From: Raillietiella orientalis
Lineage: Eukaryota
Direction: 5' to 3'
Length of the DNA: 64,000 nucleotides
NCBI GenBank assembly: GCA_036172245.1
Contig: JAYWIR010000038.1
Span: 1,674,001 to 1,738,000 of the forward strand
Shown in pieces: positions 47,127 through 59,884 of the stretch. The first letter of the stretch is position 1. Every line of letters begins with the position of its first letter. A model generated the notes under the pieces. The model did no database searches. It saw only the letters and a list, made by a program, of their open reading frames with translations, and had not been told where the DNA came from. The position numbers and the translations under genes were made by a program.

Positions 47127-47387
47127 CGTTCCTCAAGAGAAATGCAGACTCCTTCTGCAGCGCTTCCGTCTCCGAGAAGGTGACGTCTGGGATGGGGAGA
47201 TTTTTCACGCCGTCGAAACCACAGTTGCCCTTGGATTGCTGATCGAACGGAAGTCGATATCCAGCGTCCATTTTCTCCCTCGGAAAAATGGAGCTGCAGT
47301 GCTGCTCTTCGGTAGGAGACACTGAAGCATAGATGTTGATGTCTTGTGTTTCCAGATTGAAGATGGGTTCCGAGTGGTTCTGGATGC
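47127..47387 (-). CDS. Candidate upstream teneurin exon (261 nt, phase 1-1)
   Basis: TTCTTTGCAG acceptor and ACG|GTAGGC donor. Open, protein-like frame GIQNHSEPIFNLETQDINIYASVSP...ESAFLLRN, phase-compatible with the 38686 exon. Confidence 0.4.
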
Positions 47388-50300
47388 CTGCAAAGAAGAC
47401 AACCATCGTCGGAAGAGTGCGACGAGCTCCGGCAGAACAGCAACAACAAACAAGCAGCGCAAAGACTTTCTTCTTTTTGAGCAGAGGAACGAATGCTGCC
47501 TGATGTATCTGCTGGTGGGAGGAGAGGGAGGAGGGAAGACTGCTCCTCGTTCCTTTTGCTTTTGTGAGCCCGACACGCGCGCGCGCGAGTGCACACCTCG
47601 CGCACACGGAAGATTCGAGATGCTGCGCTTGAGGAGCTGACCACGCAAAGGCGCCGCCCGCCCGCAGGACCTCGGCAAGTTCAGATGCAGAGCGAGTGCC
47701 CGGAGCGGCGGCTGGCTAGCAGCAAGAGGGCAGAGCAAACAATCCCGGAGCTGCGGTGGCTCGAGGAGAGGAGCAGCTGCAGGAGCGTCGTCGCACGCCG
47801 CGTAAACGAGTGGAATTTTTCGAATTCTTCCACTCCTTAATGGAAAATCCTCACGGAAAGAAGGCGACCTCTTCCAGGCGGGAGAGAGGGAGAGACACAT
47901 CGATCCCAAATGGGGAAGAGGCCGCTTTCTGAAACATCCGCCGTTGTCTCTCGGATTGCCAGAAACATGGAAACTGGGGGAAGGGGGGAGGGCGAGCGAA
48001 AAGGAAGCAAGGCATTCCAGAGACCCAAGGAACGCGGGAGAGGAGAGGAGTTTCCGATGGTGGTGTGACAGAGCCTTCCTCCCCCTCCCGCCTCTGAGAA
48101 GGGCTCGCGGAGAGCCATTTCCTGGGGACGCAAACGAGGGCTTACCAGGAGACCCCCACTCCCGCGCTCCATCAACCCGAATCCCTTGGTCCAGGATCCC
48201 ACTCACAGGAAATCGGGCGAACGGCGGAAGCGTGCCTTGAGACCATCGGTCGCACTCTCCGCCCTCGCGCTCGAACCGAGAACCCTCGCTCTTCGGGGCG
48301 AGCGACCGCCCTGACGTGTTCTCCGTGTGCGCCAATATGGCGCGCAATCTTTTCTGTTGGCCGATCGACGACACAGAAAACAGAAGAGCCTCTGGCGTGG
48401 CTCATGGTACGGCTGGAGAAACGAACGCTCCCTCCTCGCTCTTTCCAAAAGCAAAAAAAAAAAAAAAAATCTCGCAAAGGAACGTTCTCGAACGTAAGAC
48501 GCCAGGACTTTACTTTCAAGCGTCAGCCGATGAGCCGTCCTTGGACCTGTTTAGTTTCAGGAGGATTAGAAGAAGCAAGAGAGAAGCAATCCGGAGAAAT
48601 ATCAGCATGTTCGCCAGAACACTCGAGACCCTCGGTGGATCACGTGTGAAGCAGGGAATAAGGGATGATGGGGAAGCCATAGACAGAAAACAAGCAAAAA
48701 CAACACAACACAAAACAAAACAAAAAAAAAGGGGGAAACCCACACGAAGGAAACTCCTTCGCGCGTTCCTCCCTTTTTCGGGGTTATGTCGCCGACGTGT
48801 GCTGTACGCGCTGTCGCGATGCAACAGCATCCTCAAGAGAATCCCCTTTCCTTAGCTGCTGATCTGACCACTCATGCATTGCTGGGCTGCCATCGTCCCC
48901 AAGAGCTATTTTGGTAGGTGGGCGCGGAGAACGAGCGGCGCCGGTGAGTCCCGAAAAGGAGCGGGAAGCGTCGGGGAAGGACAGGCCGCCCATGGAGGCG
49001 CCTGGGTAGCTGAGCCCCTCGCCCTCTCTCGAGTTCAAAGACGCTCGATTCTGAGTCCTTATTTTCGTGGAGAGAATGGGAAAAGGTTCCGTGGAAGTGG
49101 GGAGCGACTGCTAGCACGCAACTTCTCGTTTCAGCTCGCATCCAGTGGGGGAGGGGAGGGGGAAGAGGGGGGTGTTTATGCCTCGCATCTCACTCCTGAT
49201 TGGTTGGTCTGCATCCCCGCCGGCAATTGAGGCCGAAACACACGGAATTTTCGAATTCCATGCGCAGTCTGGAAGCGAGAACAATGCGGGACAACTGCAC
49301 GAAGACCGGTCACGTGACAGCTTCCTCCAGACTGCTGCCGCGTCTCGGCCTTTTGGCTAAGATCAAAGGTTCAAGAAGATTCCAGGATGCTGCCGCTCTG
49401 AGATGCGTTCCAGACGGATGCCGAGAGCTCTCGGAGCTTCTTCTGAAGCTGACATGACTGCGGGGTGGCAGAAAGTCCGGGACACTCCTCCTTCTCATCG
49501 GGGCGCGCGTATCGACACGGAGCCCTCGCGACGACGAGACGGTCATCCGACCGCTTCCTGGAGGAGCACGCGAACACAGATCCAGGGCTTCGACGAGGCC
49601 CTCCTCCCACCAGGCAAAGTATGCAGTTCTTTGCTTCGTGAGCCTCGCAAGACCATGGCGTTTTCATTACGACGAGACGACCACACGGTGGAAGAGAACG
49701 GTTTCGCCACGTGGCCTTTGCGCACACCTGGATCGTAATCAACGGAATGAAAGGGGAATGGCGACGGGATTGACTAGGTCGGTTCATTTTCCTGGTTTTA
49801 CCTCGTCCCCAAGCGCCATCGTTCCCATGCTTTTCGTGCCTCGCCCGACATGCCGGGCGGGCGGCGCGATCTGGCGGTGGGGGCGCCCTCTCCTCCGTGG
49901 GCTTCCGATGCGACGGAGGATCGAGTTCGGCGATTCGGTTCCCTGGGACCGTGAGGCGTTGCCTGGAGGCGCTGACACCGCGAGCGGGAGCGTGGGGGGA
50001 TCTTCCGCGGCAGCCGAAACTCGATCGCCAGATCCGCTCGGGGTGGAACATCTGCGCAGAGATGTTCTCCGGCGCTACGCGTGCTCCCGCCTGCCACAAG
50101 CCTTCCAGTGGAGGGGGACCACCCCGAGCTTCGGGAGCGCAGGAAGGGAGGGAGACCTCTCGTTTCCCGGAACGGCATCTGTCCCTGAGTCTTCCTCCCA
50201 AGGGGACCCATTCAAAGCCGGGGGCGAGCAGGGGGCACCGCGGACCGCATGCTCAACGAAGCGTCTGCGAACCGCGCGCATCTAGCCCTTCCGACCGCCG

Positions 50301-53300
50301 GCGCCGCCATCAAGGGGCTTCCCGAAGGAAGACCACCTTCCCATCTTTCTCCATCTCGCCTTTCTTCCCGCTTTGATGAGGCAAACGGGGGGGGGGGGAC
50401 GGATTGACATGGTGACGAGTACCTGATCCGTAGCCGCCATGCCGCCGCAGCACGGCACACCCTGCCTCGTCGCATGGAAGGCTCCCCTTAGGGACCTCTC
50501 TTCCCAGGGATGGGAGGGGGAGGAGGCAGGGAAAGAAATGCGTTCCGTTCCAGCAAGAGGGGGGAGGAAGCGAGCCCTTTCCGTCTCTTCCTGCTGGGCC
50601 GAGCTCGCCGGGCTCTTTCTTCGCCGGCGACGACGAGCTGAGGCTGCTCTCGATTCTTTCGCGTCCCGGAGAAGAAGAAAAGCTCGCCAGGAAGTTGAGC
50701 TCTCCCTGCCCGCGGGCGCGTGCCATCCATCCGCTTCCTTCTCTTCTCCCTTCCTGCTCCTCCCCTCTGTCTCTCCCTCCTCCCCCTCCCCCTCCCCACT
50801 GACCTCCGCAGTGCGGCTGCCACTCTCTCTGTCGCTGCTCTTCCCCTCACCGTCCGGATTTCCCGGGCATCGCCCCTTTCCCTCCGTCTCCCCTCTTCCC
50901 ACTCACACCCTTCCTCCACCAACAGCCGGTCGTTTTTCCGCTCGCGGCGACCTCCCCGCGTCCCCTGCTCCGGTCGGAAATGCCATCATGGAAGGAACCG
51001 CGGAAACGGCTCCCTCCTAGAAAATCGAAGGGAACGGGGAGGAGAGGAGGAAGAGGGGAGAGCGCGAGAGGGGAAGGAGAGGGAGAGAGAAGAAAAAAAC
51101 TCCCGGTCGCCTCCATCCTCTCCGATCCCGTTAACTCGAAATGATGCTGTTAGCAGTCATCGCCGCTCTTCCCTGTTCCCGATAGGACGCCATAAATCTC
51201 TGCACGCAGGATTCCTCCAGGATGCTGCAGCGATTCGGGAAGATTCGAGGGTAAAATCGCTCCTCGCCTTCCCCCGCGCTCCTAGGAGCCGGCGAGCCGA
51301 ACGTCTCCCAATCGATCAGTGCGTTCCTCAGACGATCCTGGTCTCAGCGCGGGGCTGGCCCGCATCTTGGCAACGCCAGGACTGGGTATCTCCTGGGGAG
51401 GATCAGCATGCCGGCCGGAAGATGGTCCCCTCCTCTCCTCTCCCAGGAAAGGGAAGGAACAGCTACGTATGGCGTCCCTCCCTCCGGGGGAGGAGGCAGA
51501 GCGACGGTTTTCTAGCGCCGTTCGCGCTGGAGACAGCGGCGGACCTCTGCCAAGACCACGAGAGAAAGGGAAGGGGGGAGGGAGAGAGGTCGTCTCTCTC
51601 TTTCTCTCGTCCGGTAACAGTCAGTCACTTACAAGGATCCGCAAGAACGATCTTCTTCCCCCCGCTCTCTCGCGCACTTCACCCCCACCGGGGACTACGG
51701 CACACCAGTCGAACGATGGGCACTGGCGATTTTCGCGGATCCAGAGGCGGTCACGACTGGAGTCGCAGGCTGGGGTCAGCGTCGTGCCGGGTACAGCAGT
51801 GGGGGAGAGGAATGCCTAACAACGAGGAGGCTCACAGCAACACGCATGAGAGACGACGGGCAACTCGTGCCACCGGCTGAGCGCGATTCGTGGCGAGGAT
51901 CAATCCCAAAGAAAGTGTGGGTCACGGGCACTCTCGCCCTGAGACGGGATACGGGGGAGTCGAGGGGGGGGGAGGAGTCCCGCTTCGACGGCTAGCAGTT
52001 TCAGGGAGCAAGGGAAGGGAGAAAGAGTGGAGCGAGTGGATGCCAGGGGAGAGAGCGCGCGCACGCGTGTGCCTTGCTGATGGATGCACGCCGTCACGGT
52101 TGAAATCTTCATCGAAAGGGGCGCGCGCGGAAGCAACCGGAATCATCCTGTCGTCGTCACACGCACGCGTCTCCGTCCAACCGAACGGGGGACCCTCTGT
52201 TGGACGGAGACGTCCAACCGAGAGTTACGAAAAGAACCGGCAGCTCCTCTTCCACTCGAACTGCCCTCAGAAAACGGCTTGGGACCACGACGGAGTCCGC
52301 ACAGCCGCCTTCCCGGAGAACGCGAAGTGCCAGACGACGCTTAAGTGAAGGTCCCGACGATAGATGGAGCCATCGAGCATGTTCCGCGGAGCACGGTTGA
52401 AACCGAACGCCCAAAGTCGGGCGTAACCGTGGATACCTGACGGCGGTCGTTCTCCAGTTCGAGAATTCAAGGACTTGGAGCTGAAGGACTTCCGATTTCT
52501 TCCTCCTCTCTCCCCTCCTCACGCAAAGGAGGAAAAGGAAAGCGGAGGAGTTGGTGCGCAAATGCTTTTTTTTTTTTGTTTTCTTTTGGACGTTTTCCTT
52601 TCTTGCACCTTTAGGGCACGCCTGCAGAATCAGCATCCGTCCAAGTCACGTTCATCCGTGCCACAGCGACGGTTCCCCCGCGCAAGAAAGGGAAGGAGGG
52701 ATGGGAGGAAGGAATGCTGCCGCCGCACCCATGGGGTTGGTGTTGGCAGCTCGACCTTTGCGAGCTCATTCGCATAGCATGCGAAGCATCCGGTGCGCGC
52801 GCCACCGATGTGACCACCCTCCCTTCCTTCCTCCCTCCCCTCCCCCTTAGGCACACACCGCCGCGTCCTCAGCGCGAGTCAATGAATGGTTTCCGCCGCC
52901 TGACCCGCGGAAAACAAGGCTTGACCCCCCTCCCTCCCCTACCCCCAACATTATCCAGAAGAGCGTCGAGGGGCTTGCCGCAGCCGCAGAATGGAACTAG
53001 CAGAAAAATGGGAATATCCCGGCGGAGACCGCAAAGGCAGCAGCGCACAAAGACGGGAAAAAGGGGGAACAGAACGACGAGGAGGAGGAGCATCACGCGG
53101 AATGATAAACGAGACAGCGGGATATGCTCGTCCACATCTCGCCCCCGTCGCCTCTTGCGACCGACGGATACTGCTGCTGCTATCAGAGATTCTGCTGGAG
53201 CTAAGGGAGGGGGAAATCCCAGCTGCACCTCGTGAGGAGCAGGGCTACCAGAGTCCTGAAAAGTTCGGAGTGGGGCATGATTCCTTTTTTTTTTTTTTTT

Positions 53301-56300
53301 TTGGCACGAGAGATAAGGCGCTATCTGATGGAGTCTTTTTTGTTGTTGTCCTGGAAAAAAAAAAATCATCACAAGGTCTGGGAGATGGCAGCGAGGCCGG
53401 AGATCGCTCTGATCATCGGAAGATAAAGGCTGACACGCGAGATGTCAAGCTGCTTCTCTTCTGAGGACAACAAGCGACCCCTCCCGTTGCCTGGTGTCAT
53501 CCGGTGCACATCAGACGGATACAAGAACTGGACGGCGGGAAAGGGGAATGGTGGCAGAAGGTCAGCCGCCTTTTCCTTGAGCATGAGGGGTAGAGAGGTC
53601 GCAGGCATGTCTTGAGCACGACGTCCGAGGATCTCTGGGTTATCGGAGCGGGAAGGAAGGGGGAGGAGACGGGCGCGCGCACGGCAGAGCTGCAGCGTCC
53701 CTTCGTCCTCCTAGACGGGCGATCCTCAAACTCCGGGATATGAACGTCCCTGCACGTGGAAATCGAGATGGAAGAGCACGAAGATCGCTTGAGTGTTTCG
53801 GATGAACCCCAGAGCGGGAGGCGACGGGAACTCGGATGCTGCGCGTGACGACCACGAGGCAGTCACAAATCTGCGAGCTCGCTCTCTCGCATCCTCCGAG
53901 TGCAGTTCGGCTTCCCCGTGACGTAATAAAACAGGGAGGGGGAGAACGGCGCACGAAAGGAGGGAAATCCTCTGTCTCTAATGGTCTGCCGGCGGAGATC
54001 ATGGCTCTTTCGCGTAATCACTGCATCGTACGGAGAGGAGAGACAAAGATGGCGGCGGACTCTCGCGGACGAGGGAGAAACCGCGCGAAGGAAGCGCTCA
54101 TCTATCCATCTCGGTTGGAAAGCATAGAGGATGGAAAGGCAGCCTTGGTGGGCAGTGAAGATGCTCCGGCATGAAACACGTCCGTCCTGCAGGCGAGAGC
54201 ATCTGTGGGTACCGAACGCCCTAGGGGAGACAGCGGCGTTGTTCGAGCAGCTTCTTCCTTTGGTCCCTCGAGGGCAGGGGCTCGCGCGACGATGATTCAT
54301 GCAGGGTTCGGTGCCGAGCGAAGGCTCCGACAAAAACGTTAACGTCGAGGGCATTGCGAATCATTCGGAGTGCTGCTGCTGACTCAAGCGGCTGAGGAAA
54401 AACGCTGAAGAGGGGTAGAAGCTGCTTCTATCCCGTGACTACCACCGCGGGAAGTCACTCTTCGCGACTCTTAATGCTCAGAGATGAGCAAGGAAAGGTG
54501 GGCGCAGAAGAACGATGGGTTCGTTCCCGTGCATGCATCCAGCTACAAGAGCGCCGGGAGTCTGCATTCGCTCTCTCGCCCGCTTCGCAGACGCCAGTCA
54601 GAACGGTTCCACTGGCTGCGCTGTGCCTAACTGGAAGCAGCCACTCTCGGATAACCGCCACCAGGCGGCGATCCACCGATGGCCATGCAGGGCACGCCCG
54701 CTCGCTTTCGTCTTTGCCCCTCGGATCTTGCCAAGGGCAGGCAAAAGAAGACGGAAAAGAGAAACCTCGACGGTGGCTCTGGAGGACCCGGGTTTCCAGC
54801 CATCTCGATTGCGGGATGAAATCGGACGGAAGCCGACGCCAAGGGAGGTTTCCACGCTCGGACATCAGCTGAGAGGATCGGTTCGTCGCGATTGATGACG
54901 GACTGTCCTACGTGAGATTGTTGCGTTCGGTTGCTTGGAAGCATGCCATTCACGCTTAAGGATCGCCGGGGGAGAGGGGGGGGGGCGGAACTCATCTGCG
55001 GCTGCAGAAGGGGTTGGTGAAGGCTTTGAAGAGCGCGAGCACGTGATCGCGCTGCATCCCAGCATGGGCGAAAACATCTTCGCCACCAGTTCCTAAGGGA
55101 AGCTGCGCGATGGTGGTTTTTTTTTTTTTTTTTTTTTTGAGGAGGGGGGTGCCTCTCCAGGAGATGGCCTCGCTGGCCCCCTTGCGAGAGTCCACTTTCT
55201 GGGCGGAAGCAGCCGCCCTCTCTCAATGTCCCCCCCCCCCCCCTGTTGCGAGCACCGCCATTCCACATCCGCTGGGTCGCCTTTGTGAGGCCCCGTTTCC
55301 ATTCGAATACGCAAAACGATCTCGGCTTACCTTGCTGTTCAGGTTTCCGGTCCCTAGGGCTTGGAGCAGTACGCGACACCCAGTAGGGCGCTTTTGCCAA
55401 TTTTTCTTCTTCTTCTTCTTCTTCTTCTTCTCGGGGAACACACACACGCACGCACAGAAACACGAGCGGAGCGAACTTGTAAGCCGCAGCGCTCGGAGCC
55501 GACGCTGCCAGCGATGCGCGCCGATACGCAGCACAACGCACGCCTGGAATCCACACACTGAGATTGCAGTTCGAGCGCGGAACCCATTTGCAGGCTGGGG
55601 GGGGGACGCAGCGCCCTCGAGGCGGCGCGCGCATGCGCAGACCCTCGGCGCTCCGCTGAGGAAAAAACATTTAAAAAAAAAAAAAAAAAAAAGGAAAAGG
55701 GGGGGGGGAGGGGGAGAGAGACAGAAAGGCAGAAAAGGACGAAGGAGGAAAAAAAAAAAAAAAAACTACATCCTCCTCCTCTCCCTGCTCCCCCCGGTGT
55801 GCCTATGAGAGCACACTGCACCGTCGCTTACAGAGACAAAACTGCGATGAATTGCATTTCGCTTCCCTACAAAATGCCTTCTGAGGGAATTTTTCTTCAT
55901 CGGGTTCGGGGCCAGCAGTCTCTTTGCATTCTCGAATGGGATGAATTAAGGAGGCACGCAGTTTCGCGTGTCTCGACGGGCTGGAGGGAATTCCCAGTGC
56001 TTCCCGAGGAGACGCCGCTATTCCGGGGGGGAGAAGGGGGAGGTGTTCTCGCAACTCTCGCTGCGAACCGGAACGGCATCCCGCCCGCTCTCCTGCTGGG
56101 AAGGAGGGGGAGGGGGAATTAGGGAAGGTGGGGTGGAGGAGGAAGAGCACTCGCTGGTGTGGGGAAAGATGAGCACGGAATAAATGGTGCAGCCCGGTGG
56201 GAGCGGCTCTTGGGAAGGGAGTACTGCACCCCCGCACCCCTTTTTCTCTCCCCCCTTGAGCCTGCCCTTTCTTCCTCGCTTGCCCTGGCAGCGGATGGCG

Positions 56301-58696
56301 ACGGATGCAGGAGGGTAGGGCTGGGGAGGAAGGAAGCCATGGCCACAGCCTTCTCCCTGCCTACCATGTGGGGTGAGGGGAGGGGAGGAGAGCGAGAGGG
56401 CAGGACGGGATCAGCCCCACCACCATCCTCCCCATCTCTCTGTTCCTTTGCCATGGCAGCACAGAGGGAGGTGAAAGGAAGAAAGGAAGAAGAGAGCGGG
56501 AGACTCATCCCGCAGCCCCTCCTCCGAGACTCCCGTCAGCCAGTGAGGGCATTCGAGGCGCCTGCGGTGGGCGAAGGGTCCCGTTCTTCCAAAGTGGGAG
56601 GTAGAGCCTTCCTGAACGTCCCACTCCTCGCGCGCAGCAGATGTGCTCGGAGGGGACGTCGGGTCCGCTTCTTGGGAGTGGGGTAGGAGCCGGCGGGAAA
56701 GAGGCAAGGAGTCTTGCAGCCCGCGGAGGACGCGTGCGACCCGACCTGCGTCTGAGGAGGCGCGCTCCAGAGGAACTCCCGCAAGTGAGGTTTCCCAGAT
56801 CCCCAAGAGAGGAGCAGCAACCTCGAAGAAAGGGAGCGGAGTGGGGCGAAGTAAGGAAAGGGATCCCCATGGCGACTCGAGGAGCAGAGGGCCTCTCCGG
56901 GACCTCCTCCGTTCCTGGAAGGCGCACATCCCCATCATCTCTCCTTTGACGGAGGGTGTGGGATGCGTGCCGGCGGGGGGAGCTCGGAACCTGCAGGGGT
57001 GGCCGAGGAAAGGAAGCGAGGCGGAAGCCTTGGAAACGAGAGGGATACGAGAGGGACCCCCTCCCTTCTACCGCAGCCGGCTCCCCCGTGGACCTCGCGA
57101 GGGATCAGGACCTCCCTTCCAGGGGAAGGCCTATCGTTCCGGCGCCCAGAGGCTGCCCGAGAGGGGTCCGAGGGACCAAAAGACCCCTATCCGGCGTCTT
57201 CCCCTTTCCGGGACGAGGGACGCGCCGCGCTCTCCCGTTCCCCCGGAGCGATCTCCGGGAAGAGAGGTCGTGGTCGGCAGCTGTTCTTCTTCCTCTTCTC
57301 CCCCCCCTTCCGCTGTCCCCGAGGGTCCCGGGAGAAAGGACGGGACGGGGGGGAGGGAGGGGAAGGACCGTCTTACCTCTTCCTTTGTCTGTGACGTAGG
57401 GGCGCCTTCGGAAGGAGCGACCACTGCCCGCCGGTGGCCTGCTGGTGACGCACGAGGCCCCTCGGCTGCCTGGGCCCGGCCTCCCCCTCACCTCGGGGGT
57501 GATCCCGTAGGTCGCTTCCATCCCTGGAGGAGAGAGAGAGAGAGCATAATCGACCCCCAGCGGCGGGCGCGATCCCAGCCCACCCGAGAAGGAGGTGGGG
57601 GAACCCAGAGTTGTTCCCTACTCGGCAAGGAAAGAGGGGCCTTCCGGGAGGTGGATGGCCGCCGTCTCCCCTCAGGGATAGCCCCCTTCCATGGCCACCG
57701 CACGCCTTCCTGGAATGTCTTCCGACCTCCGGAGGTGGGAGGAGCGCAGGTTGCCGGGCAACCTTGGGCAGGGACGCGCCAGCTGCTTTCCGGGCGGCTT
57801 CCCATCCCCCCTTCCTTTGGGAGTGGGATGGAAGGGATTGCCTCGGATCCCCCCCATCGGGAGAATGAGTCCTAGGTCCTCACGCGCACCCGAGACGGAC
57901 GACGCTCCAGACGGGAGGAGCGAGAGGGCCACCCCGGGGAGGGGGCGAACGTCCCTGGGATCGATGCCCTCCTCTCGGAGGAGCCGCCGCCAGATGTATC
58001 CGCCGGGAAGTCAGCGCTTGCGTCTAGCAACCGCCGGGAACGCAGGAGGCGGTGATTTACGGCCGGTCGCCGAGAGAGGGCGGGCGGACGCTTCCCGGAT
58101 GACGCGGCGGAGCTCGTGGGGCGCGTGCGCTCGGGGTTCTTCGGGACTCCCCCCTGCGCCCATCTCTTCGTCCATCCCCCCACCCCCCCACCCTGGCGGC
58201 ATGCTCCCAGGCGGCGTTCGTGTTTCCTCCCGTCGACGACGGATTTACGCCCTTTCCTAGGGAGGATCCCCGACCTGTCCTCCTCCTTCCTCCCCCCCTT
58301 CCTTCCTTCCCTCCCGTTTCCATGCCGACACCGGAAAGGCCTCTCTCTGTGAGGGGGCGGCGACACGCAGGCGGAGTCCACAGCATTGCCCCCGACCCTT
58401 CCTTCCCGCAGGCCGCGTGAACGGGAGATCCTCTGGGGTCCCGTGACAACCAGGTGCAGCCTCTACCGGGAGGGGAGGAGGACAGAATAAGGGCGCTCGC
58501 CGGAAGCTGCGTCGCGCGGATTCTCCATGGGGGATCGGGGGTCTGGCTCCCTTCCCATTGCCGCCGCCGGAGAGCCTGTGGCGCAGGATTGGAGTTTTCC
58601 CTCGAGAAACAACGCCTTCTACTCCTCCCGGGAGCTGAGAGCCGGGCCACTCCCCGCATGGAGGGTTTCCTTCCCGGGTCCACGGGACGAGGAACC

Positions 58697-59884
58697 CCCG
58701 TGGTCTTCGGTCTGCAGGAGGGACACTCCAAGTTCTTCTTTCCCGGTTGCCGTGTCAATGGGAAGCGATAGGGGAAGGTAGCGGCGGCGGTCGCAAGCGA
58801 GTCTCCCTCTCCCGTCTGCGTTCCCGCTGGGGGAGACGAAGAATTGGTCCAGGCCAGGAACATGAAGAATTGCAGCCGGACCGTAAAAGCGCTCGGCCCG
58901 CATCCCTCCTCCCAGAGGCTGCCCAGCAACCCGCGCTTCTCCCGCCTCCGCGGGTCTCCCTGCAGGGTGGGACCTGGTGTGCCCTTTTCTTCCCGCGCTG
59001 TCCAGGATCCTGCCTCGGGAGCGTCCCTCCGGCGTCGTGTGGGGAGGAGAAACGGCTCGCAGGCGAGTGTCCTACCCCTCCCCACCCGACCACCTCTACC
59101 CTCCTCCTTCCCGCCGCGAGAAGGAGCGGTCTGCAGGAGGGTTCAGAGGCAGGACACTCCTCCCGGCTCGTTCCCCGTTGCTAGGTACGCGCCCTCGCGC
59201 CTCCTGTGCCCGTCGTCGTCGTCATCGTCTTCGTCCCTCTCCGACCCGCTCGGCTGCGCTCTTCCCGGAGCCGCCCCTCTCCCGTCTGCATTCCCCGCGG
59301 GCGATAAATCTTCCGTGTTTACGACTCGGGGATTCCGGAACTCCCCGCCGCCTCGCTCCTCCCACGACGTCTTCCTCCTCCCGGCTTGCCGTCCCGCGGG
59401 CACGGGGGAGCACAGCATCCCACAGGGAAGATGCGGTGCCACATGCGGACGTCTGTGCCTCTTTGGCTGTTTGCAGGGGGGCTTACGCGGTTTCCTGGAA
59501 GAGGGGGGCAGCAAAAGGGGAGGTGGAGTGAAGCCCGCATCTGTCTACGGGGAGTTGGCGGCGCGGTAGTCCGTGGCGACGCCGCATGGGAGAAGTGGGG
59601 AAGCCCGTCTACGGGATGTTAGCGTACCTCTGGGGAGAAAGGGAGGGGGGAGGTCCAGGGAGTCTGGATGCGGAGATCGTCGTGACGAAGGTGAGTAGCC
59701 TGAGGAGGAGGAGGGCGAGGTTTGACCTCGTGACCGCCCAAGGGAACGAAGAGATCGCGGCCCACAGGACCCACGAGAATCCCGTGGACTTCGGTTGGAG
59801 GGAGGGGCACGCCAAGTTCCTCTTTCTCCGTTGACGCGACAACGGGAAGAGGAAGAGAAGATCGCGGCGGCGGTCGCAAGCGAG
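58697..59884. repeat. Diverged ~105-bp direct repeat (58697-58801 and 59781-59884)
   Basis: Shared CCCGTGG.CTTCGGT...CCAAGTTC...GGGAAG...GCGGCGGCGGTCGCAAGCGAG. Confidence 0.8.
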
